Positions 22,785 through 31,644 of a stretch of 64,000 nt of DNA are shown piece after piece. The notes under the pieces are model-generated. The model was not told where the DNA came from and searched no databases. It was given only the letters and a program-made list of their open reading frames with translations. How positions within the stretch are numbered: the stretch's first letter is position 1; each line of letters opens with the position of its first letter. Source of the DNA: Pseudomonadota bacterium (lineage in GTDB: Bacteria; Pseudomonadota; Gammaproteobacteria; Burkholderiales; SG8-39); NCBI GenBank assembly GCA_018241645.1, contig JAFEDL010000004.1:594-64593 (forward strand), given 5' to 3'. The translations under genes were made by a program, and so were the position numbers.

Positions 22785-23722
22785 CCGGCCCCCTCCCGGT
22801 CACGGTCGTCGGAGGGTATCTCGGCGCCGGGAAGACGACCCTGGTCAATCACCTGCTGCGCAACGCGCAGGGACTGCGCATCGCGATCCTCGTCAACGAT
22901 TTCGGCGCGCTGGCCATCGACGCCGACCTGATCGAGGCACGCTCGGAAGACCTGATCAGCATTGCGGGCGGCTGCATCTGCTGCTCGTTCGGCAGCGACC
23001 TGATGGGCGCACTGATGAAGCTTGCGCAACGCGATCCGGCGCCGGATCACGTGCTGATCGAGACCAGCGGGGTGGCCATGCCGGACGTCGTCGCCCGCTC
23101 GGCAGCGCTGATCCCCGCGTATGCCATCGACAGCGTAGTGGTACTCGCGGATGCGGAGACCGTGCGCGCGCGAGCCGCGGACCGCTACATGGGCGACACG
23201 ATCACGCGGCAGCTGGACGCAGCGGACCTGGTGGTGCTCAACAGGACCGACCTCGTCGCCGCCGCTGAACTCGAGGCTCTGCGCCGGTGGATGGCCCGCG
23301 AAGCGCCGCGTGCGCGTTTGATCGAGGCGGTTCGTGCCGAGGTTCCGGCAGAGGCGATGTTCGGGTACAGCCACCCAGCCGTTGGTTCAGGCACGTTGGC
23401 CTCTGGAGCGATCCGGCCGGCGGAGGACGCGGCCGCCCGCTATGAGAGCGCGAGCTTCCTGCCCGACCGGCCAATGGATGTCGAGGCGTTGGCACGTGCA
23501 CTCGCCCGCCCCGAATGCGGCCTCGTGCGCGCCAAGGGAGTGCTTTGCGACGCCGACGGCCTGCTCAAGACACTTCACCTCGCCGGAGCGCGTTTCGAAG
23601 TCAGACCTTTCCCGCACGCTGGCGCGGCGGCCACGGGGATCGCCTGCATCGGCCTGCGCGGCCGGTTCAATCGCGCGGCGATCGAAGACGCCCTCGCTCG
23701 CGCCGCCGCCGCGGCGCGCTGA
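22781..23722 (+). CDS. COG0523 (CobW/YjiA-like) G3E GTPase metallochaperone
   Basis: 313 aa. P-loop GGYLGAGKTTL, metal-binding GCICCS (CxCC), LNRTDL (NKxD-like). The TTG start overlaps the upstream stop. Confidence 0.85.
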   Translation: MTGPLPVTVVGGYLGAGKTTLVNHLLRNAQGLRIAILVNDFGALAIDADLIEARSEDLISIAGGCICCSFGSDLMGALMKLAQRDPAPDHVLIETSGVAMPDVVARSAALIPAYAIDSVVVLADAETVRARAADRYMGDTITRQLDAADLVVLNRTDLVAAAELEALRRWMAREAPRARLIEAVRAEVPAEAMFGYSHPAVGSGTLASGAIRPAEDAAARYESASFLPDRPMDVEALARALARPECGLVRAKGVLCDADGLLKTLHLAGARFEVRPFPHAGAAATGIACIGLRGRFNRAAIEDALARAAAAAR

Positions 23723-23725
23723 TAT

Positions 23726-25648
23726 TCAACCGACCGAGCTTTCGGCCTCGCCGCGTGTCTCGTAGATGTGCGGCGCCAGGCCGCGCTCGCTGATCGCCTT
23801 GCCGAGTTTTTCGCGCAGGAAGGCGCTGGTGGTGAAACGCGTAATGTTGCTGTAGTAGTTCGCGACCATGTACTGGACTACGCCCGCATATGCGTCCATC
23901 GCCGATTCCTCGATCTGGAACCCGTCGTAATTGACCACGACGTTGACCTTGCGCCCGATCTCCTTGCACCTGCGCTCTACCGCATCCTGCACGTCGTGCG
24001 CGTCCTTGGGCGTACGCAGCTTGAGGCCCTGGAAGTTCAGGAACAGCAGGTTGCGCCCGGCGTTGTACGAGATCCGGTCGAGCAGGGAAATCGACAGCAG
24101 GATGTCCTTGAGCCCCATCGCGTCCGCACGGAAGATCCGCTCGTCCATCAGGGTTGGCTTACCGATGATCGGCCGGAACGCCATATGAGGCAGGATGTCG
24201 CGCTCGATTTCGACGCCCGGCGCGATTTCGACCAACTCCAGCCCCTCGGGCGTCAGCGCCAGGACGCAGCGCTCCGTGACGTAAAGCACCCGCTTGCCGT
24301 CCCGCGCCGCATTCTCGCCGCTGAAGGTCACCTGCTCGATCTTCTCGACGAATTTCCTGTGCTTGCCTTCGTTGAGGATATTGAGCCTGCCGTCGCTGAT
24401 GGCGACCTTCAGCCCGCCCGCGGTGAACGTTCCGATGAAGATGACCGTGCGGCTGTTCTGGGTGATGTTGATAAAGCCGCCGGCCCCGGCAAGCTTCGGC
24501 CCGAAACGGCTGACGTTGATATTGCCCCTGGCATCGCACTCGGCGAGGCCCAGCACGGCGAGGTCAAGGCCGCCGCCGTCATAGAAGTCGAACTGCTGGT
24601 TCATGTCCAGCTGCGCCGAGGCGTTGGTCGAAGTGCCGAAATTGAGGCCGCTGCCCGGCACGCCGCCGACGATGCCGGGTTCGGCGGTCAGCGTCATGTA
24701 TGGCAGCAGGCGCTCCTCTGCGGCGATGTTGGCCACACCTCCGGGCATGCCGATGCCGAGGTTCACGATCGCATTCGGCATCAGTTCGAAGGCCGCGCGG
24801 CGCGCGATCACCTTGCGTTCATCGAGCGGCAGCGGCGGTACCGCGTCCAGGGGCACCCGCATCTCGCCCGAAAGCGCCGGGCTGTACTGCGTGCCGTAGG
24901 TCTGCCAGTGGTGCTCCGGTTTGGCCACCACGACGCAGTCGACCAGGATCCCAGGCACTTTGACGCGTCGCGGCAGCATCGCGCCGTTTTCCGTGATGTA
25001 TTCCACCTGGGCGATGACCACCCCGCCCGAATTCCGGGTGGCCATGGCAATCGCCAGCACATCCTGGGTCAACGCCTCGCGATCCATGGCGATGTTGCCG
25101 TCCGGGTCCGCGGTCGTGCCGCGGATGAACGCCACATTGGGCTTCGGGGCCTTGTAGAACAGCATCTCGCGCCCCGCGAGCGTCATCACCTCGACCAGTT
25201 CCTCGGTCGTGCGCGCGTTGATCTTCCCGCCTTCCAGCCGCGGATCGACGAAGGTGCCCAGGCCCACCGGGGAAAGGTTGCCTGGCTTGCCGGCAGCGAC
25301 CTCGCGATACATGTGCGAGATGACCCCCAACGGCAGGTTGTAGGCCTCGATCTTGTTTGCCAGCGCCAGTTCACCGAGCCTGGGCACCAAGCCCCAGTGA
25401 CCCCCGATGGCGCGCTTCACCAGACCCTCGTGGGCGAGGCGGTTGAGGCCCTGGTCCTTTGCGTCACCGGGACCGCCGCCGAAGAAAAGGGTCAGGTCGC
25501 GAGGCGCACCGGTGTCGACAAAGCGCTTTTCGAGCGCCGCGGCCAATCCGTCCGGCACGCCGACCAGGCCGAAGCCGGAGAAAACCAGCGTGTCGCCGTC
25601 ATGTACCAGCCCCACCGCTTCTTCAGCGGTAACGATCTTGTTCTTCAT
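23726..25648 (-). CDS. Family-I acyl-CoA:acetate/3-ketoacid (propionate-type) CoA-transferase, long form
   Basis: 640 aa. N-terminus KIVTAEEAVGLVHDGDTLVFSGFG, glutamate-loop region MTLTAEPGIVGG. Last gene of the DUF3141 operon. Confidence 0.8.
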   Translation of the reverse strand: MKNKIVTAEEAVGLVHDGDTLVFSGFGLVGVPDGLAAALEKRFVDTGAPRDLTLFFGGGPGDAKDQGLNRLAHEGLVKRAIGGHWGLVPRLGELALANKIEAYNLPLGVISHMYREVAAGKPGNLSPVGLGTFVDPRLEGGKINARTTEELVEVMTLAGREMLFYKAPKPNVAFIRGTTADPDGNIAMDREALTQDVLAIAMATRNSGGVVIAQVEYITENGAMLPRRVKVPGILVDCVVVAKPEHHWQTYGTQYSPALSGEMRVPLDAVPPLPLDERKVIARRAAFELMPNAIVNLGIGMPGGVANIAAEERLLPYMTLTAEPGIVGGVPGSGLNFGTSTNASAQLDMNQQFDFYDGGGLDLAVLGLAECDARGNINVSRFGPKLAGAGGFINITQNSRTVIFIGTFTAGGLKVAISDGRLNILNEGKHRKFVEKIEQVTFSGENAARDGKRVLYVTERCVLALTPEGLELVEIAPGVEIERDILPHMAFRPIIGKPTLMDERIFRADAMGLKDILLSISLLDRISYNAGRNLLFLNFQGLKLRTPKDAHDVQDAVERRCKEIGRKVNVVVNYDGFQIEESAMDAYAGVVQYMVANYYSNITRFTTSAFLREKLGKAISERGLAPHIYETRGEAESSVG

Positions 25649-25693
25649 GATTGCCTCTCCCGATTGCGTTTCTCGCTGCCCCCGGGGACAGCG

Positions 25694-26521
25694 TCACGCC
25701 ATGATGTGCAGCCCCGCATCCACGTAGATCACGTCGCCCGTCATCCCGCTGGAGGCGCCGCCGGCCAGGAATGCGACTACGCGGCCGATCTCGTCTATGC
25801 CGACGAGGCGATGGCCCGGCGCGCGGGTGACCGCCATGTCGATCAATTCGTCGAAATGGGCAATGCCGCTTGCGGCGCGGGTTTTCAGCGGCCCGGGCGA
25901 CACCGCAAATACACGGATGCGGCGCTCCCCCAGCTCGCCGGCGAGGTAGCGCACAGACGCCTCTAGCGCCGCCTTGACCGGGCCCATCAGGTTGTAGTTG
26001 CCGACCACCTTGTCGGCCCCGTAGTAGGTCATGGTGATCAGCGTGCCGCCGTTCTTCATCAGCCCCTCGGCGTAGTGCGCCATCTCGATGAAGGAATGGC
26101 AGGAAACCTGCATCGCCTGCAGGAAGCCGGCCTGCGAGCAGTCCACCACCCGTCCATGCAGGTCGTCGCGCGGTGCGAAGGCGATCGAGTGGATCACGAA
26201 GTCCAGCACGCCCCACTCCTCCCGGATGCGGTCGAATACGGCCTTCATCTGGCCGGGCTGCGCGACGTCGAGCGGCATCAGGAGCGCGGCGTCGATCTGC
26301 CGCGCCAGCGGTTCGACGTATTGCTTGGCCTTGTCGTTGAGGTAGGTCAGCGCAATGTCGGCGCCGAATGCGCGCAGCTTCGCGGCACAGCCGAAGGCGA
26401 TGCTGTCGGCGTTGGCGACGCCGATGACGAGGCCGCGCTTGCCCTTCAGCATCTCGCCCACGCGCGAATTCTCGTCCCACACCTTGGGCAGGGGATCGAC
26501 GGATTTCCGGTCAGGGCACAT
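25694..26521 (-). CDS. fabI: FabI-type enoyl-[ACP/CoA] reductase (SDR)
   Basis: Last 275 aa of track ORF 25694..27157. ATG at 26521 is preceded by AGGAGGAACCACC; an alternative Met (MLKGKRGLVIGVAN) is at 26452. Motifs GVANADSIAFG, YNLMGPVKAALE, SPGPLKT. Confidence 0.85.
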   Translation of the reverse strand: MCPDRKSVDPLPKVWDENSRVGEMLKGKRGLVIGVANADSIAFGCAAKLRAFGADIALTYLNDKAKQYVEPLARQIDAALLMPLDVAQPGQMKAVFDRIREEWGVLDFVIHSIAFAPRDDLHGRVVDCSQAGFLQAMQVSCHSFIEMAHYAEGLMKNGGTLITMTYYGADKVVGNYNLMGPVKAALEASVRYLAGELGERRIRVFAVSPGPLKTRAASGIAHFDELIDMAVTRAPGHRLVGIDEIGRVVAFLAGGASSGMTGDVIYVDAGLHIMA

Positions 26522-26559
26522 GGTGGTTCCTCCTGGATGGTTCGTATCGATGTGCCGCC

Positions 26560-28959
26560 TCAGGCGCTTGCCCGGGCCAGCGGCACGCTCTGCGGCGCAT
26601 TCTCGAGCCCCAGCACCGCACGCATCTGGTCGAAGGTCTTGCGCGTGTCGTCGCTCATGTCCTCGAGGGATCCCAGCACGTACTCGCACTTCTCGATGGC
26701 GCGCACGCGATCCGCATGGTCCGGCAGGAGCAGCGGCAGGGTGGCCAGCGCCTGCGCCGGCTCGAATTCCGCGACGAGGCTCTGCTGGTGGATGATGCGC
26801 GTGCGGGTGACCTCGCCCAGGGACGCGAACGGCTCCTGCCCCGTCAGCATCTCGTTGGAGCGCTCCAGCCTGTCGCGGCGCACCGCCTTGCGGGACCGCG
26901 CGAGCAGGATGAGCATGCGAATGACCGCCACCGGGTAATTGCCGCGCGCGATCTGGGCGAGGGCCTGGCGCACTTCGGGGATGGCGCGCAGGTCGGTGCC
27001 GGCCACCTGGCTGATGCGTGCGCGCTCGGTCGCGCCGATCGCGCGCATCAACGGCGACGAATAGACCGTGTAGAAGCAGGTCTCGATCCAGGCGTCGCGC
27101 ATGTCGCGCGCAGCGTCGAACCAGGCGGTGACCAGTTCGGCGCCCGCCTTTTCCCACAGGCGGAACGGGTTGTCGGCGGCCGCCTCGGTGCGGTTGGCGC
27201 GCACGGTTTCGGCCAGTGCCGGGATCGACGCCAGCATCGGGTTGCGGTCGCTCATCAGGTAGCGGCGGATGCGCAGCGGGTGCGTGTTGACGCGCCAGCG
27301 CGCGGTGGCCTCGTTGCTCATCGCGCGCACCAGCGGCCGCGCCGTCAGGCTGTACAGTTCGGCGCCGAGCTGCGACAGGCGCGACACCGCCGCAAAGGCC
27401 TTCTCGTCGTCGCGCCCGCTGTCCAGCGCGAGGATGTCCTTGATGCTGCGCTCCTCGAAGGCGATCGAGAAGCGCTTGTCGCGCCCCTCCCCGGTCTCGT
27501 CCACGATCTTCATCTCGTAGAGGCCCGGCGCCATCGCCTCGATGGCCTTCAGGGTCGAGACGATCTCCTTGTGCTCCTTGTTAGCCACCGCCGCCGAGAC
27601 GAAGATGCCCAGATGCCCGATGCTGTCGTGCACCGTGTAGACGATCCGCTGCCCGCGCGCCTTGATCTCGTTGACGTTGGAATAGACGTCGGTGATCCAG
27701 TTCAGGGCCTGCGCCGGCGGGGTGATGTTGTCGCCGTGCGAGGCGAAGACGATCACCGGCGCGCGCACGTTGCGCAGGTCCACGTGCATGCGGCTGTCGA
27801 GCAGCGCGCCGCCGTGGGCGAGCCGGTTGCCGACGAACAGATTGTCCACGATCCAGCGGATCTCGCTCTCGTTCATGAAGTAGAACCCCGACCACCAGCG
27901 CTCGAACTCGAGATAGCGCTCGGACTGCTTTTCGGTCCCGGCGAACACGTCGTAGTACTTCTGCCACAACGCGTTGCCCGGGTTGAGGTTCTCGAAATTC
28001 TCGACCAGGTTGGCGCCGTCGAACTGGCCGTTGCCGAGGTCCGCCATCATCATCGCCGGGACCACGCCGCCGCACAGGCCGCCGAAATAGCGCAGCGGAT
28101 TCTTGCCGCGGTTGCCCGACCAGTAGGACAGCGGCGTGCCGTTGACCACGATCGGGCCGGTCAGGTCCGGGTTGGTGGCGGCGAGCAGCATCGCGGCCCA
28201 GCCGCCCTGGCAGTTGCCGATGACCACCGGTTTCGGGCTGTCCGGATGGCGGCGCTGCACTTCGCGCACGAAATTCGCCTCGGCGCGCGTCACGTCGGCA
28301 AGCGTCTGCGTGGCCGTCGGATGGGTGGTGAAGATGCAGAAGTACACCGGATGCCCGGCGTGCAAGGCGACGCCGACCTCGCTTTCGCTCTTGAACCCCC
28401 CGATGCCCGAGCCGTGGCCGGCGCGCGGATCGATGATGATGTACGGCCGGGCGTTCTCGCGCACCTTGACGCCTTCCGGCGGGTGGATCGAGACCAGGGA
28501 ATAATTGACCGGCCGCTCGAGCTTGGCGCCGTCGACGATGACGTCGTAGTCGTAAGCGAGCACGGGCGGGCAGCCTTCGAGTTCATGGTGGACGAAGTTG
28601 TTGCCGCGCCGCCGCATGATGTCGATGAACAGCACCCAGCGCTGCCAGGCGTCGGCCAGGTAGGCGGGCAGGTCCCCCGGCTTCACGCGTTCCAGGCCGC
28701 TCGCGACAGTACGCGCCGCGGCGCTCTGCTGCTCGTTGAGCTGCTGCATGGTCTGCTGCGCGGCGTTGAGATGCAGCGTCGTGATCTCGGCCAGGTCCTT
28801 CGCATAGGTTCCCGCGTTCTCGGACCCGGAGACCATCTCGCGGACCACTGTCTTCATGTCGGCCATGGCCTCCAGATTTCCCGGAGCCAGCATGTCCTTG
28901 GCCGAATAAGGCTGGATCCGTTCAGATTCCGCTCGGGCGTTCATGGCGTGTTTCTCCAC
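26560..28959 (-). CDS. DUF3141-family protein (alpha/beta-hydrolase, PhaC-like Cys box)
   Basis: 799 aa. VVIGNCQGGWAAM (G-x-C-x-G-G box), later FASHGDNITPP and DSIGHLGIFVS. Its 5' end overlaps the ackA 3' end by 38 nt; an alternative Met is at 28944. Confidence 0.8.
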   Translation of the reverse strand: MEKHAMNARAESERIQPYSAKDMLAPGNLEAMADMKTVVREMVSGSENAGTYAKDLAEITTLHLNAAQQTMQQLNEQQSAAARTVASGLERVKPGDLPAYLADAWQRWVLFIDIMRRRGNNFVHHELEGCPPVLAYDYDVIVDGAKLERPVNYSLVSIHPPEGVKVRENARPYIIIDPRAGHGSGIGGFKSESEVGVALHAGHPVYFCIFTTHPTATQTLADVTRAEANFVREVQRRHPDSPKPVVIGNCQGGWAAMLLAATNPDLTGPIVVNGTPLSYWSGNRGKNPLRYFGGLCGGVVPAMMMADLGNGQFDGANLVENFENLNPGNALWQKYYDVFAGTEKQSERYLEFERWWSGFYFMNESEIRWIVDNLFVGNRLAHGGALLDSRMHVDLRNVRAPVIVFASHGDNITPPAQALNWITDVYSNVNEIKARGQRIVYTVHDSIGHLGIFVSAAVANKEHKEIVSTLKAIEAMAPGLYEMKIVDETGEGRDKRFSIAFEERSIKDILALDSGRDDEKAFAAVSRLSQLGAELYSLTARPLVRAMSNEATARWRVNTHPLRIRRYLMSDRNPMLASIPALAETVRANRTEAAADNPFRLWEKAGAELVTAWFDAARDMRDAWIETCFYTVYSSPLMRAIGATERARISQVAGTDLRAIPEVRQALAQIARGNYPVAVIRMLILLARSRKAVRRDRLERSNEMLTGQEPFASLGEVTRTRIIHQQSLVAEFEPAQALATLPLLLPDHADRVRAIEKCEYVLGSLEDMSDDTRKTFDQMRAVLGLENAPQSVPLARASA

Positions 28960-30169
28960 TCAGGTTGGATCGCATCGGTAGGTGTGGCAGGTCGTTGGTG
29001 AGCTCGGCGGTGTGCCGGGCGATCATCCATTCTTCGTTGGTCGGCAGTACGAGCGCGGTGACGCGGCTGCCGGGCCGCGAAATCACGGTTTGCGACGCTG
29101 CGTTCGCTTCAGCGTCGAAGTCCAGCCCCAGCCAGGCAAGCGCGGTGCAGACTTTCTCGCGCACCGGCGCCGCATGCTCGCCGATGCCGCCGGTGAACAC
29201 GAGCGTGTTGATCCCGCCGTTCACAGCGATGAGCGCGCCGGCCTCGCGCACCGCGCGATGGCAGAACAGGTCGACGGCTTCCCGCGCCTCGGGCCGCGGG
29301 CTCGCCAGCAGTTCGCGCATGTCCTGCGAGATTCCGGAAACGCCGAGCAGCCCGGACTGCTTGTAAAGCAGGGTCTCCAGCGCCTTGGCGTCCATGTGGT
29401 GGTGTTGCATCAGGTAGAGCAGCACGCCCGGATCCAGGCTGCCGGTACGCGTGCCCATCATGAGCCCGTCGACCGCGGTGAACCCCATCGAGGTGGCGCG
29501 GCTCCTGCGCCCCTCCATCGCGCACATCGAGGCGCCGTTGCCGAGGTGCGCGACCAGCACCTTGCCGTCCGCCCGCGCGCCCAGGTGCTGCGGCAGGACG
29601 TCGGCAATGTACTCGTACGACAGGCCGTGGAACCCGTAGCGCCGCACGCCTTCGGCAGTGAGCCAGCGCGGCACCGCGAAGAGCTGTGCCAGGGGCTGCT
29701 GCGTGCAGTGGAATGCGGTGTCGAAGCAGGCGATCTGCGGCACATCCTCTAGCGTGGCCGACATCGCTTCGATCCCGGCGACGTTGTGGGGCTGGTGCAG
29801 CGGAGCCAGCGGGACGAAGGACTTGAGCGCCTCCAGCACTGCGGCGTCGACGCGCACCGGCTGCGAGTAGCGGGTCGCGCCGTGGACTACGCGATGGCCG
29901 ACGGCGGCGATGCGCCGGCCCGACTCGTGGTCGTGCAGCCAGTCCACCAGGCACGCCAGGGCCGCACGGTGCTGCGTATCCTTTCCCAGCGGCAGGTCGA
30001 CATCGTCGAGGCGGTTGCCGTCCTTGTCCCTGACCTTGATGTGCGGCCGCGCGCCGATGCCGTCGATCTGCCCGGCCAGTTCGGGCGTACTCGGTACCGC
30101 CTGCCGGTCGAACAGGGCGAACTTGATCGAGGACGACCCGGCGTTGATGGTGAGGATGCCGTCATCCAT
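28922..30169 (-). CDS. ackA: Acetate/propionate-family acyl kinase
   Basis: 415 aa. ILTINAGSSSIKFALF, VGHRVVHG, FDTAFH, YGFHGLSYEY, LGNGASMCA, TGGIGEHA. Confidence 0.9.
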   Translation of the reverse strand: MDDGILTINAGSSSIKFALFDRQAVPSTPELAGQIDGIGARPHIKVRDKDGNRLDDVDLPLGKDTQHRAALACLVDWLHDHESGRRIAAVGHRVVHGATRYSQPVRVDAAVLEALKSFVPLAPLHQPHNVAGIEAMSATLEDVPQIACFDTAFHCTQQPLAQLFAVPRWLTAEGVRRYGFHGLSYEYIADVLPQHLGARADGKVLVAHLGNGASMCAMEGRRSRATSMGFTAVDGLMMGTRTGSLDPGVLLYLMQHHHMDAKALETLLYKQSGLLGVSGISQDMRELLASPRPEAREAVDLFCHRAVREAGALIAVNGGINTLVFTGGIGEHAAPVREKVCTALAWLGLDFDAEANAASQTVISRPGSRVTALVLPTNEEWMIARHTAELTNDLPHLPMRSNLSGETRHERPSGI

Positions 30170-31595
30170 GGTTCGCTCCCTGGGCCGCCCCCGCCAGCAG
30201 AATGGCGAGCGCGCACGAGGTCAGCCTCGCACGCACGCTGTCGGCGCGGCTGGTGAGCACGATCGGGACTTTCGCCCCCAGCACGATCCCGGCGGCGTCC
30301 GCATTCGACATGAACGTCAGCTGCTTGGCCAGGATGTTGCCGGAAACGAGGTCCGGCACGAGGAGGATGTCGGGATCGCCGGCCACCGGCGAGGCAATGC
30401 CCTTGATCTCGGCGGCCTCGCGGCTGATCGCGTTGTCCATGGCCAGCGGCCCGTCAAGGATCGCGCCGGTGATCTGGCCGCGGTCGGCCATCTTGCACAG
30501 CGACGCGGCCTCCATCGTCGAGATGATCTTGTCGTTGATGTTCTCCACCGCGGACAGGATGGCGACCTTCGGCAGGGCGATCCCGAGCGCATGCGCGAGG
30601 TCGATCGCGTTCTGGCAGATGTCGGCCTTCTCCGCGAGCGTCGGGGCGATGTTGATCGCCGCGTCGGTCACCATGAGTGGCTTGTGGTAGGTGGGCACGT
30701 CCATGAAGAACACATGGGACAGGCGCCGCGCGGTCCGCAGGCCGAATTCCCGCCGCACGACGGCCGCGAGCAGTTCGTCCGTGTGCAGGCTGCCTTTCAT
30801 CAGGATGGCCGCCTCGCCGGAGCGCACCAGCGCCACCGCTTTCTCTGCGGCGTCGTGGCTGTGCTCCGCGTTGACCAGGCGCACGCCGTTGAGATCGACT
30901 CCGGCGGCCTCGGCCGCGGCGCGGATCTTGTCCAGCGGACCGACGAGGATCGGCTCGATCATGCCTTCCTGCGCGGCCTCGATGGCGGACCGGATCGCCG
31001 CGTCGCTGCACGGGTGCGCCACCGCCGTCGACACCGGGCGTGCAGGCTTGGCACGCCGCACGAATGCTGCAAACTTGTCGTGCGTCTGGACCGAGATCCT
31101 TGCGACCTCGTGCATCGGGAGCACAAGCCGCTCGGACGGCGCCACCACCTCGGCCACCCCTTCGGCCATGACCTCCCCGGCAGTGTTCGTGCAGCGGCAG
31201 TCGAACAGCACCGTGCCGGTCTTCGGGTGCTTTTCCCGGACCACGACTGTTGCCGTGATCGTGTCTTCCGCGTGAAGCGGTTTCAGGAAGCGCAGTTCCT
31301 GGCTGACGTATTGGGTGCCCGGTCCCGGCAGCTCGTTGCCGAGCACGCTCGAAATCATCGCCCCGCTCAGCATGCTGTGGGCGACGAGGCGGCCATCCCC
31401 GTACTTGCGCGCGAAGTCGTCGTCGACGTGTGTGGGGTTCAGGTCACCCGACAGCACTGCGAAGGTCTTGACGTCGGTGCGCGTCAGCGTACGCGTGAGA
31501 CTTGCCGTGTCGCCGACGCGGATCGCGTCGAAGGGCCGGCTTTCAAGCGACTTGTCCCCATTTCCGGATTGCTTGGTAGTCACGATTGCACTCAT
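30162..31595 (-). CDS. Fusion protein: MaoC-like (R)-specific enoyl-CoA hydratase + phosphate acetyl/butyryl-transferase
   Basis: 477 aa from MSAIVTTKQ (track start 31622 is 9 codons earlier). N-terminal hot-dog domain with hydratase-2 motif FAVLSGDLNPTHVD. C-terminal PTA_PTB domain (ILVGP...LMKGSLHT...MVTDAAIN...GPLAMDNA...VPIVLTSRADS). Confidence 0.85.
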   Translation of the reverse strand: MSAIVTTKQSGNGDKSLESRPFDAIRVGDTASLTRTLTRTDVKTFAVLSGDLNPTHVDDDFARKYGDGRLVAHSMLSGAMISSVLGNELPGPGTQYVSQELRFLKPLHAEDTITATVVVREKHPKTGTVLFDCRCTNTAGEVMAEGVAEVVAPSERLVLPMHEVARISVQTHDKFAAFVRRAKPARPVSTAVAHPCSDAAIRSAIEAAQEGMIEPILVGPLDKIRAAAEAAGVDLNGVRLVNAEHSHDAAEKAVALVRSGEAAILMKGSLHTDELLAAVVRREFGLRTARRLSHVFFMDVPTYHKPLMVTDAAINIAPTLAEKADICQNAIDLAHALGIALPKVAILSAVENINDKIISTMEAASLCKMADRGQITGAILDGPLAMDNAISREAAEIKGIASPVAGDPDILLVPDLVSGNILAKQLTFMSNADAAGIVLGAKVPIVLTSRADSVRARLTSCALAILLAGAAQGANHG

Positions 31596-31644
31596 TTTGG
31601 CTGCCTCATTGCAGTGCAGCATACCGGGAGTGCATCAGGGGGAT

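Noticed and set aside
26452-26521. 23-codon N-terminal extension of FabI (MCPDRKSVDPLPKVWDENSRVGE) as a possible targeting peptide.
   Set aside because: The only support is the strong AGGAGG before 26521. The extension has no recognisable signal features, and the shorter start at 26452 gives a canonical FabI N-terminus. This is left as start-codon uncertainty.
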